Positions 24,351 through 36,675 of a stretch of DNA of 64,000 nucleotides are shown in pieces (the stretch's first letter is position 1; each line of letters starts with the position of its first letter). Source of the DNA: Selaginella moellendorffii (taxonomy: Eukaryota > Plantae > Lycopodiophyta). The notes under the pieces were generated by a model. That model had not been told where the DNA came from and made no database searches. It saw only the letters and a program-made list of their open reading frames with translations. The position numbers were made by a program, and so were the translations under genes. The stretch is from positions 1,232,981 to 1,296,980 of the forward strand of contig NW_003314301.1 in NCBI RefSeq assembly GCF_000143415.4, read 5' to 3'.

Positions 24351-24441
24351 GTTCGAATACTAATACAAGCTGTTGGGTGAAAGCCCAAACCAATCATCCC
24401 TCGGGAAGGGGGGAAGGGGGGAAGGGGGGGGGGGGGGGGGG

Positions 24442-25810
24442 TGTGACCGAATGCAGGGAATTCCAAAAGTATAGTAGAGAGAGTGTGGGGGTTGGACCCT
24501 TAGTGGAGCATGTTTAGCCAAGAAAGCTATATCCACATGTTGGGTGATGATATATCCATTGAGAAGACCAAGGTTAAAGTGAATATGGATTGATAGACAA
24601 AGTAACTTAATGAAGTGTTCAAAAGTTAACTTTAGTTCTTCTGAAAGATCGAATGGTCAATGCTTCCAATCCAAGTGTGGGTGGCACTACCTATTTGGAT
24701 ACCTAGTGTGGCTCAATGGAACCTCGCTCTAGCCCCATGGCTAGAGCACCCAAAGGCAGAAGGTGGGGAGAGTACCCATAAGACTCACATAGGGCTATGG
24801 TGTTCCGAAATGCTGTCCCAAAGTCCTAGATTGTGGAAAGGAAAAGGAGCAATCCTTTGTTGCAATGACCAAGGATACGGTCACATGGTGAGGAAATTCT
24901 AGAGGACAGTGGGACTTAGTGGTCGGGCCTATAGGCCTTCACCCAGTGGCAATGTTGGTGAAAATAGCCATACACAGAAAGGGACTTAGTGGGGACCGAA
25001 AAAAGGATATTGGGGAAGGTGATATGTCCCCCATGTCTACGGGCATCTGAAAGATGTTAAAAAATGGATCTAGGATGATTATGCATGGATGAATGGCCTA
25101 GTCTTTGAGAGATAGGACTGTGATGTAAATGGGCATGGCCTTAACGTAATGGGCTAATATGTTAGTAGTACTTTTGGGTGTCGGTCATGAGATTGGACAC
25201 ATGGAGCACTTAGACTGCCAAACACCTTCGCTATCATGCCCTATGTGTTGGTTCAGTTCTGGATCCATGTGCTATTTATGGTAAGTGTCTAGATCCACTC
25301 AAGAAGCATATTTACGGAATGTAAAGAGTGTCCTTAACTCTATGGTGTTGTTCTTGCTCCCAAATTCATGATCTAGCACCATTCCACATTTAGTAAGTTT
25401 TCATGTATATCCCAGAGATTAACTCCTGGTACTAATGGTAGCTAGGAGTGAAAGCCCAAAGCATGTGTTCCTCAAGAAGGGGGGAGGATGGGGTTTTTGT
25501 GGGGGGTTCCAAATGTATAGTAGGGACAATGATTGGAATGCATAATCGACGGCTGACCACCTAAGACGCTTCCATTAGGCTGTGTCACTCTTTGTTCTAT
25601 GTCTAGCTTGGGTCGAAGCCCAAACTCCATGCTACTCTAGTTGGTACCCTCCTCCTCTCGTCAGGCTACTAGTATGCTGAAATTGTGCCAAACACTGTCT
25701 GACACTATTTTGCATGCAAGTGCTAGATACGGGGAGCCAGTGCTCATAAAATTGAGAGTGTACTACACCCTCATCTTGTAGTGCAACAGGCTTGAATTTC
25801 GGCTCCAAAT
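24442..25810 (+). mobile_element. Degenerate LTR related to the 12409 family, preceded by a G-rich PPT (about 24403-24441)
   Basis: Starts TGTGACCGAATG after a purine run; 25190-25800 resembles the reverse complement of the intact LTR. Confidence 0.6.
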
Positions 25811-25829
25811 TCATGTGTGCTATAATGAT

Positions 25830-26009
25830 GCCTTTTGCAAAAACTCTATAAGGGTTTAAATATAGAAAAAAAAGGCCCATAAATAAAAGTGCATCCCATA
25901 TTTTAATTAATTGGGATATTTAGGGTTAAGTGTCCTTGGATTTGAGTAGCATTAGGCTAGGTGACCTCATGGGAAGTTTGAATCAAAGAATTTACATTTG
26001 GTATTAGAG
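25830..26009 (+). mobile_element. Second Cassandra-type LTR followed by a PBS
   Basis: GGTTAAGTGTCCTTGGATTTGAGTAGCATTAGGCTAGGTGACCTCATGGGAAG (5S-like); LTR end TTTACA at 25996; PBS-like TGGTATTAGAG 25999-26009. Confidence 0.72.
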
Positions 26010-26039
26010 GGGTCTTGAGTTTGACTCTATTAGTTAGTT

Positions 26040-26140
26040 AAATTGAGAGGAGCAAATGCCACTAGCGAAATTGCTAAAAACATTATTGATCTCAAGCCTT
26101 TAAATGGAGCTGTATATATCTTGCTCTCAAACATGGGGAA
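26040..26140 (+). pseudogene. Fragment of a PLS-class PPR E domain
   Basis: Translates EIAKNIIDLKPLNGAVYILLSNM, similar to the E-motif (LEP...AYVLLSN). Confidence 0.35.
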
Positions 26141-28024
26141 CTACACTATATATTGAGATTAATATTTGGCAAGTCCAATTTGCCTCTAGATGGGCTTGAC
26201 CTAAGGGGTAAGTTGTCAACTCGACCATAATATCCCCTATTACCAAAGAAGCCTCATGTCCCAGCAAAAATGGACTCTTACATGTGGGCACTAGTGTGAA
26301 AAACACTATTCCATGAATTAGGACAAGTCAAAAAAGTGTTGCGTGATGGATATAGACACTCCATCATCATGGATGCATAAAGAAAACCACATTATATTGG
26401 GGAACTAATGGGGGATCTCACAAATAAAAGTGTTTCAAGTGTGGAGTATCATCCCACTAGAGAAATTCTTCAAGTGCTTATGATTCAATAATAGCGTGAG
26501 CAAGCAACATTGATCTTGGTTTAAGAAAATAATTGAAGGTACATATTCTTTATATGTTCTTCTCTCAGACTTTTAACATGAGTTCTTGCAAAGATGGATA
26601 GCAAGTGGATAGCAAAAGTCTATAATTTCATTTTAGACTCACCCAAATTTTGTTCAAGTGAGTTAATATGGGTTTGGTGCAATTCACAAAGCCCCCTAAG
26701 ATAGCCCTTTAGTGGACGGTAGTTGACACTAGCCCCCATCCTTTCAAAGAGTCCTTGCAACCCATTTTCTTATAAGCTTATGTGATTGTTGTAGAATGTT
26801 TTTAGATAATTAATACAATTGTCATCTTGTAATCACTCAAGTCTCAAAACATATGAAAACAGGAATATAGAATAAAACAATTATATAGTTAACAACAAAT
26901 GGTAAACCAAATATTCTAAAGATCCAGCAAAATGCCCTTAGAATTGTTGTTCCACTTCACAAGAGAACATATTAGATCCAATTTATGTGTCTAGAGCTAT
27001 GGAATATCCTTCATGGGCATCACTTTAGAGAACCATAAATTGATTAGTCCCCCATAACCATTTTCTTTATTAAACAATTGTTTGGCAAATAATGGTTTTT
27101 ATTTGCCTCGCTAGGAGGTATGGTAATGCATCCATTTTCTTATATCACATTGGGAGTATAAGCAAAGGAGTGGGGATAAGAATAATGCACTATAAAAAGA
27201 GTTCTATAAAGTCAATAAGTCATGGGCATTCTTGGAAGAGCTCTAAAAACACTTTAAAACCCACCCTCAATTATGCCATACCAAGTGGGACACTAGAAAT
27301 TTATAAATCATAGAACTTACATGAACTTCAACTAAAAAAATTCACTACTTTACAAAGTTATCTTCCGGCTTCTCTTTCTTTTATTCTATGACATTAATGC
27401 TCAATAAAGTCTAGATTCAAAAGCTTGAGGTATCTTTCCTTCTTGTTTCAAATGCCAAGACAAATCTTTTTATCCCCATTAGTCATTTTGAGATTGAGAA
27501 GGTTTGAAAGAACTTTGAACATCCTTTTGTTTCATTTTGAAGATAACTAAACTATTAGAGCGCAAGAGAAATGAACCTTATACCAAGATTTGAATCTTGC
27601 CCATATATTGAATTTGGATTCTATTTTCTCGATGTTTCCTTGAAACTAGAGATCCACTTGGGCTAAAGTGCAACTTCCATCACAGTGCAATAAATAGAGT
27701 AAAAAGTTTTCATAACACTCAGGATTTTCAAAAAACTCATCTAAAGAATCGTACATGGGATCATTTACAGTGATATCTAGAATGGCATGGATGAATAGGA
27801 TCATGATCCATAATGTGACCCATGCATGGCCCATTGGTGCATAGGATGGGTACATAAATATGAATGATATGGATATTAGATACCAAATATACCAAATATA
27901 TGTGAGAACGAATAAGAGGTGTGGGCATATTTTACAAAATGTCCAATAGGTATAAACCACGTGGCATAAGCATAGTAGGTGTCACGCTCCATCCAATCCG
28001 GAATAAAATACAATGGCCAAAACT

Positions 28025-30808
28025 TTAGCTCCTTGGTGCTCGAGACGTCACGTACGCGAGGATTTGCTCGTGTGACAGATCTCCCTTTTCAAGTAGGCCA
28101 TTGATTAAAGTGTTTTGATACGCCACCGAAGGAGCCCGGGTGGGAAGCTCCCCACACTCGAAACGTTTTGCATCTCTTTGCGAGCACCTGGAGGAATGTA
28201 AAACATGCATTGCATACCACTGTGTAAAACAGAAGCACTTACGTGATTGTGAGAATCGGCGCTCCATTTTTGTCGCCAAGATATAACACGCTGCCATACC
28301 ACGCGTTCTACAACAAAAAACCAATAAAAACCATGCACAGTAACAAGAATCTACCTCAATGAAGTCCACAATATGAGGTGAACTTTTCAGCGTCTCAAAG
28401 TGGGATGGAGAAACCAAGCCGCTAGCTGCCATTGAGTCGAGCCTGTTCTCTTGAGCGAGTATACCATTGAACTGTTCTAACCTGCACAAACAAAGGAACG
28501 AACATCAGCCCAAAATGGATCGGGTAGTTTGCCGGACGTTATTTTGTATGCTCGGAGATGGCAATTGTCGCCATCAGATGGCACTGGATTCAGGAACGCA
28601 ACGCCTCCATTGCCCCACGAAAGAGATCTCTCTCGTCCAAAAAATAGTCGATGTGGAGCTGACAGCCAAAAGTCTTCCAGCGGCGGAGTTTTTTCAAGTA
28701 GACCTTGTCCTGGCACTTCAATACCTTCGACCTGCGAAGACAATGAGGAACCCGAAATCCAGAAGTAAGAAACACTATACCTTGCCACCTTGGATGTAGC
28801 ACATCAACCGAGCTGGCCACATATTAGAGCCATAAGTTGCGTACCATATGTATGGACTCGGGCTGTGAGGACTAGAGACCTCAGAACTCACCGATATCTG
28901 GACAATCTCCACAGTTTCTGAGCGAACAAAAACCTCACCATCGTGTGTTTCTTCGACTGCATCAGCCTCGGTAGTAAGCCTTTCGAAAGCCTTAACAAGT
29001 TCTCCATGGCCCGTAGTATTGCTGATTTCTGTAGTCACGACCACCTTTTCATCGAAGCTAAGCTTAGGTATCTCCAGCTCTTCCTCCACCTCTTCCTCTG
29101 ATTCCTCTTCAAATTCATATTCCTAGAGGGATAAAGAAGCAATGGATTATGCAAGATTAAACAAAAGTTTGTACCTTGGGAGGAGAGGATCTGGAAGCCG
29201 GCATTTCGATCTTTTCACGCAGAACAGGCCAGTATTGACACAGCTCCTGTCGGACCTGCCAAATAGCAGCTACACTTTCTTCACTATCACTCACTTAAGC
29301 ACATTGCCCTGTGAGTGAGTCCACAGATAAATAAAGAAATGCAGTATCGCGGAAGAGAGTCCTACCTTGTCAATGATAGTCCATGTAGACTCGTAAGCTC
29401 GCTCAATGTCGTGGCGCTCGCTTTGAATATCTCCAAGTAGAACTTGAACGCATGCCAAATACGATTCAGCAATCGACTCAAGGTTGTAGCCTCCTTCAAG
29501 CGCTAGAACAATTTTTCCTCCAGCCAGTTGCATAAGCTAAGTAGAAAAACAGAAGAAAAAGAAAGATTAGAAGACACGACGACCATGCTTAGGAGCTGCG
29601 TACTTCCTGTGTCATGATCGAGTAACCAAGTGGCGTAAGCTTACAGCCACCCAACGGATCTCCTCGAGCTGAAAACACAAAAAAGATTAGATAGTTCACC
29701 TTCTATTATAAACTCATTCAAATACGACCTGAATCGAAACCTCCCGATATAAGAACTATGTCAGGATTGAACTCCCTGGCCACTGGCATCAATACGTGCT
29801 CCCAAACAGCGACATAATCCGCGTCGCTGTATCCACCACGAGGCCACGGGACATTGATATTAAACCCCGCACCGGCACCTCCTCCAACTTTATCGAAATT
29901 CCCTTCCTGACCTCCAGGGTAGAAGTATCCATCGTCATATCTTTCGCATGAAAAACCGTTATAGAAACAAATAGAAACAAACGAGAGCTGAGTCCATACC
30001 TGTGGACAGAGAAGTATAAAACGTTGGGATCTTGCCAAAACATGTTTTGGGTTCCATTTCCATGGTGAACATCCCAATCAACGATCAAGACTTTGTGCGA
30101 CCCCGCCACCTACATCGAACAAAGCGCGTAAAGAAAGTAGAAACTTATAAAAAAGAGCAAACGAACAAGAAAAAAGCAAAACAAGAGAAAAGAACACTCA
30201 CTTTTCCCGATGAAAGAATTTGAGCTGCTACAGCAACGTTGTTAAATAGGCAGAATCCCATAGCTTCATCCGCTTCAGCGTGGTGCCCGGGTGGTCTCAC
30301 TATAGCAGCGGCCGACGCGAGCTCTCCTCGAGCAACTTTGAGAGAGAGCTGTGGAATGTGAAGAAAGAAACTAGATTTCATTCCACACGAAAAAAGAAGA
30401 GGAAAGGTTACCTCCACGACGGATCCGGCAGCTAGAAGTGCCGATTCCGACGAGCCATCGTTGAAATATATCGAGTTGTAGCGCCTCGCGAGAGCTGCTC
30501 GTCCTTCTTTCCCATAAGCTCTGCTGCTCACGGACGACATCTTCTCGATGTGCCTGTCCGTGTGGACTGTCGCGAGCTCTTCCGCCGTCGCTGGCCTCGC
30601 ATCCACTCGCACGCACCTGGCCAAGCATCCATCGCGCGGACGATCGAAATATTTCCACCGCGCAAAGAAAATGTTACCTGTCCAAGACGCCTGCATCCTC
30701 GAGGCGCTTCCAGATCGCTGTAATCCTCGCCGGCTGCTCCGGATGGAGCTTGTTGAAAGGATCGCGGTGCGCGCACATTCGCCGATCATACACCAGTCCC
30801 ACTGCCAT
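28025..30808 (-). CDS. HDA5: Class II histone deacetylase, HDA5-like (multi-exon)
   Basis: [56 protein letters not shown]; C-terminal WYATYGSNM domain typical of HDA5. Confidence 0.9.
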
Positions 30809-30892
30809 TGCTCTCTCAAGAACCCTAAGTTTTAGCTTATAATGTTACGTGTACACAAAAGCTATCCTACATGGCATAAACTATCTTCCACG

Positions 30893-32883
30893 TCACGCCT
30901 TTAATGCCAGATCCTTTCGCAAAATCTTCCCCGACGGCGTCTTTGGAATCGCATCGATGAAAGTCACTCTTCGTACTCTCTTGTGAGCAGCCACCTTTGT
31001 AAAAAATCCCCAGAAAATTCATGAGCGATCCAGGAAGAACACGAATCTAAAAGAATCTTACATTTCTAGCGACGAAAACTCTCACTTCGTCCTCCGTGAG
31101 CTCTCCATCAGCGCTAGGAACGACAAATGCCACGGGAATCTCCCCAGCCTCCTCGTCTTTGGACCTGATCAATCCATGTCAGGTAGAACGCAATGGACAA
31201 AAACTTAGCTCGAGGAACCAAAGCTTACGCTACCACAGCAGCATCCAAGACAAGAGGATGGGTCAATATCAATGCTTCTAGCTCAGCCGGGGCGACCTGG
31301 AAACACGAAAAAGAGAACTTTGATCCACAAGAACTTCAAGGCTTTCGCTGGGTGGTACCTGAAGGGTCTTGTACTTGATGAGCTCTTTGATCCTGTCCAC
31401 CACGAACAAGTTCCCCGCGTCGTCGAAGTAAACAAGATCTCCAGTTCTCAGCCAACCATCGCTGGTTATGCTAAGCTTCGTTGCCTCCGGATTGCTAATG
31501 TAGCCTGTAAAGCACACCATGCTTTAGAAACCTGAAACAAAAAGTTCCTTGTACCGAGCATCGTTGTCGGAGAGCGTAAAAACAATTCTCCCTGGCAGTT
31601 TGGAGGCAGCGCGGCACCGCTACGAACGTCAAGAACTTTGGCTTCCACATTGGAGAGAAGAGTTCCAGCTGATGCTGTGTTACCACTTGCGACTGTGTCG
31701 TTCAAGGTGAGAGCCCCTGTCGCTTCGGTGATGCCATAAAGCTGAGAAAAAACACCAATGTACTCAGTCCGGCAGAGTGAAAGCCTCACCTGAAAGAAAA
31801 ATGCGTTTGGAAGTAAATGACTTAGAGTAAGCACCAGTTCCTCTCCCAGTGGGGCTGCACCACATAAAATAGCTCGCAAGGATGTAAGGTCGTGCATCGT
31901 AGTGGTCTTGAGAAAAAGAGAGCGTTAAAACACTGGAGTTCTTAAAGTGTGGGCTTAACCTTTTGCAAAAACTTCGCGAGAGTGATGATCACCGGAGGAA
32001 CGACATAGATGTGCGAGATCCGGTAGCTTTCGACCGCCGATAGCATCGTACGCAGCTCAAAGCCCGGAAGGATCACTAGCCGGTTCCCAAGGTAGAGCTG
32101 CTTCAAAGTCACCGCTACCAGTCCAAAGATGTGTGACATCGGCAAGGCGCAAAGAGGTACGTCGTATGAAAGTTTTCGTCCGGCAAGAGCACTCTCATAT
32201 AATTCTTCGCGAGCAAGCTGCAAGATTTGCGCGACGACGTTGGCGTGAGACAGCACCACTGCCTTGCTCATCCCGGTCGTTCCCGACGAGTACAATATAG
32301 CTGCTGGATCGTCTCTGTGAATTCGTGGCTGGACAGTCGAGGAAGCTCGTACTTTCGCTGCCTTTCCGGGATCTTCTGCTAGAGAAAACGATCCATCGTC
32401 ATCCATGACTATAGTTTCCAGGCCCAGTCCTCTTGTCTTGAACAAGAGCTCGCTAGTCGTGATCACCATCTTTGCGTTTGCAAGCCTTGCTTGGAACTCG
32501 ACGTCTTTAGCAGATCCCATTGGACTGGGAGTAGCAACCACAGCTCCAATCCTGGCAATGGCCATCACTGCGAGCGGATAGTATATCGAGTTTGGAGCCA
32601 GTAGCATCACAACATCCCCCTGCTCGATCCCCAAGTGATGGAGACAAGTTCCCAGAGATACTGTTTCTTCCATGACTTGATCAAATGTAAGCTCTCGTCC
32701 CGTGACTCCATCCACCAGCGCGACATTCTTGGCCGGATTTAAGATGTTTTTCGATGAAACGAATGTTGCAAAGTCCAGCAGCTCGCCCTCCGGAAACACG
32801 ATATCACAGCGGTCACTGGCGTAGATCCCAGACTGGCGATCGTAAGCTGCGCTGGTGACTTTTCTTTTACTCGTGACGGCCAT
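30893..32883 (-). CDS. 4-coumarate-CoA ligase-like acyl-activating enzyme (multi-exon)
   Basis: [15 protein letters not shown]-binding box, [31 protein letters not shown]. Confidence 0.9.
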
Positions 32884-33080
32884 GCTACTGAACACCAGAT
32901 AGCTCTTCCTCTGGCTTTGATGGCCCTTAAAGAGCATGGAGGTCTGGAGAGCGCACGAAGTAGCAGCCATTAATCCGCTGAGAAGTACATATCTTCGTAT
33001 CTGATATACAAGGAGGGCGGTCTCTACAAAGAAGCTTTAGTGTCAGGAGGGAAAAATCCAGTGCAATACTTAACTAGATT

Positions 33081-34994
33081 TTACCAGCGAAAATTCTTCC
33101 ATTCCCGACGTCTGTGATCTTGTCTTTCCTCCGCCTGTGAAGAACAGCAGCTCTCGGCGGCACAATCTTCGCTCTCGCTCGCAGTTTCCCATTCGGATTC
33201 CTCCTGGCCCTCAGCGGCAGATAGATCGTCTTCCACTTCGCTGCTCGAGCGAATATCACCACCACCTTCTCGTTCGTCACCTTCGCATTGCACTCCTCCA
33301 TGCTTCGCAGCAGCCTCGTTAAACAGCCATATCGCCTGCATCTGCTTCTTGATCAGCTGATCCACGTATCTGGGAACTTTGCTGTTTCCCTTGCCCTCAG
33401 ATTCGCCAAAAGACTCGTTGACGAATAAAATGGCGTCCAAAAGGCTCTCCTTGGCCAGTCCCAGGCAGTCGTAAGCCTGTGATCTTCTCCACAGGCTCTT
33501 TCCATGTCGGTTGACGGGGTTGTGAATGCACAGCGCTCGGGTAGTGTCGCTGATCGCAGCCTCGGGATTCTGGAGAAGTAGCTGGCACTGAGCTCTGTTG
33601 CTATGAAGTGTGACTCTTTCCTTCTTAGCCTTGATCGGACAAAGTGCTAGAGCCTCGGTGTACTTCGTTGCGGCTCCTTGAATGTCACCAGCTGAAAAGT
33701 AGGCGTTCCCCTCCAGCTTGCTCACGAGAGCTGCTGCGAGCCTGATTTGCACGTCCTCTTTCGGTAAATTCTTCTCCATTCTTACTCGATCGTGAAAGGC
33801 CTCCAGCTGCTTTATCAAAGATCTTGTTCGCGGTTGGAATTTCTTGGAAAGGTCGACTTCGTTCTTAAACACTAGGTTCTGCACGAGTAAATTTCCAAGC
33901 CTCTTGTATTCCCCTATGGTTGGTAGTTCTGCCAAATCAATAAGTGCAAGAAGTGCTTTGTCGAGAACCTGGCAAAAACAAAATTTTAAAAAAAAATCAG
34001 ATTGAAACGAACTTCCAGGACTTGCCTTGGACCTAGTGTCAACGTCTTGGATCAACCACACAAGACAATCCACCGCCATGTGTTGCCAGTCATCCGACGA
34101 GCGAGAGACGTTGCATAGAGTTTCAATCACCGCATCACACTCCGCAACAGCCTGCTTACCCAGCCTTCGATGGCATAAAGTTCTTATCAGCCCGACACCA
34201 GCGGGCGAGTTCTCGTTCGCAAGGCCTCCCCACGTACCAGAAAGCTTGATCAGATACTCCGGTTGACAGATGGTCGACAAGAACTCATCCTTGAACGCAA
34301 AGCAGTTGATGAGTTGCAATGACCAGCACTGAAGCTGGCTCGCCCAGGCCTCGGCATTTCTCGACTCAACCTCCAAGCCTCCAACTCCTCTGGTAAGAAG
34401 GTCGCAGTGGTAAGCCAGCCTCTTGTCCACGAACTGGAGGAAATGCGTGTAGACAATCTCCGGAGCATCGACTGATAGTTGCATAGAGAGGTCCAGAATC
34501 TCACCATAAGCTGCAATGTAAGGAAAGGTAACGTCGTAGCTAGCCAGGTGACCAAGAGCACGCACCGCCACCCTCTGTTCCACCCAAGTCATCCTCCCTC
34601 GAAGAAGCTCCAGAAGCGCTGGAATCACTCCCGCCGAGACTGCTCTCTCGGCAAAGTCCTCCACCACCATGGTATACGAGCCGATGATGTGAGCTGCGTA
34701 GTAAGGAATAAAGATGTTTTGGTCGTGCGCCAGCCATCGCCTGTTGGTGAGGCCTTTCCAGATCAATGCGGCCATGCATTCGAAGACCCCGAGATCGACG
34801 AACTCGGCATTGCTTGGCTGTGCCATGGCGCTGTTCCACAAGCCGCTGATCGGGATAACCTGTCCATCGTCGTCTTCACCGGGGAGATCCTTGAAGAACT
34901 TTGCAATGCTGGGGCGGCGCTTGGATGGATTTACGTCTCGCATGAGGCAGAAAAAGCATCCGGGGTATGGACAATCGGAATCGCTCTTGTCCAT
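33081..34994 (-). CDS. ARM-repeat/TPR protein
   Basis: 637-aa ORF (one probable in-frame intron near 33968-34024); N-terminal CPYPGCFFC, TPR motifs (KLEGNAYFSAGD, HSNRAQC, KSLWRRSQAY). Confidence 0.85.
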   Translation of the reverse strand: MDKSDSDCPYPGCFFCLMRDVNPSKRRPSIAKFFKDLPGEDDDGQVIPISGLWNSAMAQPSNAEFVDLGVFECMAALIWKGLTNRRWLAHDQNIFIPYYAAHIIGSYTMVVEDFAERAVSAGVIPALLELLRGRMTWVEQRVAVRALGHLASYDVTFPYIAAYGEILDLSMQLSVDAPEIVYTHFLQFVDKRLAYHCDLLTRGVGGLEVESRNAEAWASQLQCWSLQLINCFAFKDEFLSTICQPEYLIKLSGTWGGLANENSPAGVGLIRTLCHRRLGKQAVAECDAVIETLCNVSRSSDDWQHMAVDCLVWLIQDVDTRSKASPGSSFQSDFFLKFCFCQVLDKALLALIDLAELPTIGEYKRLGNLLVQNLVFKNEVDLSKKFQPRTRSLIKQLEAFHDRVRMEKNLPKEDVQIRLAAALVSKLEGNAYFSAGDIQGAATKYTEALALCPIKAKKERVTLHSNRAQCQLLLQNPEAAISDTTRALCIHNPVNRHGKSLWRRSQAYDCLGLAKESLLDAILFVNESFGESEGKGNSKVPRYVDQLIKKQMQAIWLFNEAAAKHGGVQCEGDEREGGGDIRSSSEVEDDLSAAEGQEESEWETASESEDCAAESCCSSQAEERQDHRRREWKNFRW

Positions 34995-35810
34995 CCTTGC
35001 GCCTATAAAATCCTATATAAGTAGCTCCATCAGACCTGGAGAAGGAAGAAAAACAAAGTTTGATCACCCGATCCTTGCTGAGAAGTGAAAGTAAATCGAA
35101 TGGGAGTACCTTTTGGATCACAAGCTTGGGCAAATCGGCATCGCTAAGTCAACAGCTCCACTAAATGCTATCGCCGCCATCACTCGTGCCGTCCGGCAGC
35201 ATTGACCTCTTGGGGGAAAGTATTGGAAGGAGTGAGAAGATCACAGCAGGGAGTGGACTTTTTGACAGAAATATCTGGCGCTCCTCACCTCGATCGCTGC
35301 GCAGGGATCAAGAACACTGGATCTTGCGAGGCGCGGCAGCTGAATGCTGATGCCAGGCTGAGAATCACCGCAATGCCGCTACGGCGCCAGGCAGCAACGA
35401 GCGGGCGATCGATGGATCGTCCGGGCGCCTTGCGCGCGAGTGACCTAGGGTAGACTGGTACCTGCGTGGCCGCATTCAATACTACTCTACTACCACGGTT
35501 GTTTCAGTGGATTTCTATATGCAGAGAATATTCTTTACCATGATCAGGAATATTCTAGCTTTTGCTTTTAAATTTTTTTCAGCTCGCGTGCTCAACGTCA
35601 TGGACCGTCGCATTTGGACGGATTTTGTTATGACATTGACGGGCCTATAGCCATGACATCGACGTGTAAAGCTCTATTTCGACGTGGACAGCTGGACTAT
35701 AAAGGTTAAAAGCTAAACGAGAAAAAGCTTACTGCCAGATAAGCTGCTGACTAGTGCCAGCGTGGCAAAAACTTGATGACATGTCATGAAAACAAAATTC
35801 GTGGTGCCAC

Positions 35811-36448
35811 CTAAGCAACCGGCGGCACAGCCACTCTTCCAGCCACTTGATCCAAGTCTCTTCGTCCCTGGGAGGTGATTCTCCGCCCACTGCGAAGAAC
35901 ACACAGAAAATCAATCCCCCAAGTTTTCTTTCGATCGATCGAGAGAGATTTTCTCTTCGCTTACCCCTTGGGTTCCTTCTCAATGATGTCGATCTTCTCA
36001 AGCTGCTTTAGGACGTGCCTGGCGATGGCACCGCTGCTCTTGCAGAAATGCGAAGGCCGGGCACCATTCCTCTTGCTGCCGCCATAGATCTTCTTGAAAG
36101 CCCCGACGCCAATGCCGCCGCGGAGGTAAATCTTCCTCGCCATGGACGCTGTGATTCAACCCAAATCACGAATCAATCAATCACTCGATCAAAGCATTCT
36201 CTCTGTAAATCTCACCAGCGCGCACGTAGAACCAGTCCGGATCGTAGGGAGCGAGCTCCTTGGCGACAGAGGTCTTGACAATGTCAGTCCAGGGCGGAAG
36301 CTCGACCTGAATTGGAGCAAGACAGTAATTTCCATCAATCGAGTCGCGAGCGCAGCCATACCTTGCCAGATCTCTTGAGATGCGCAGCGTAGGCGCGGAC
36401 GAACTCGTGCGAGGAGACATCCTTCACCGTCTTGGATGTAGCCGCCAT
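35811..36448 (-). CDS. RPS19: 40S ribosomal protein S19 (eS19), multi-exon
   Basis: [51 protein letters not shown]. Confidence 0.95.
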
Positions 36449-36457
36449 CGCGCTCTC

Positions 36458-36485
36458 AAGCCCTAAGCCCTAACCCTAAACCCCA
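36458..36485 (-). promoter_or_regulatory. Telo-box-like cluster upstream of RPS19
   Basis: AGCCCTAAGCCCTAACCCTAAACCC next to the start codon; telo-boxes are typical of plant ribosomal protein genes. Confidence 0.55.
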
Positions 36486-36675
36486 AAAAGTAGATTCCTC
36501 TCGTATATACCGAAGGCTTTATATATTAAGCTTTCTGAACGAATATTTGTAGGCATATTCACAGAAATATTCAAACGAATATTCGAAATTTAAAAACTTC
36601 TGAAGGGGAAAACGTTTTGCTCTTGCGATTCAGTCGGAACAAAAATCTCTCTTCTTTTCTTCGTTTCTTGCCAAA

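Noticed and set aside
24055-24517. ORFs of 112 and 121 aa
   Set aside because: Produced by the stop-free tandem repeat; no protein signature.
26200-28000. AT-rich region with short ORFs
   Set aside because: Looks like heavily decayed sequence; no assignable feature.
35669-35681. 13-bp match to the transposon TIR start (AAGCTCTATTTCG)
   Set aside because: No partner TIR, TSD or internal sequence seen; treated as chance or an untestable relic.
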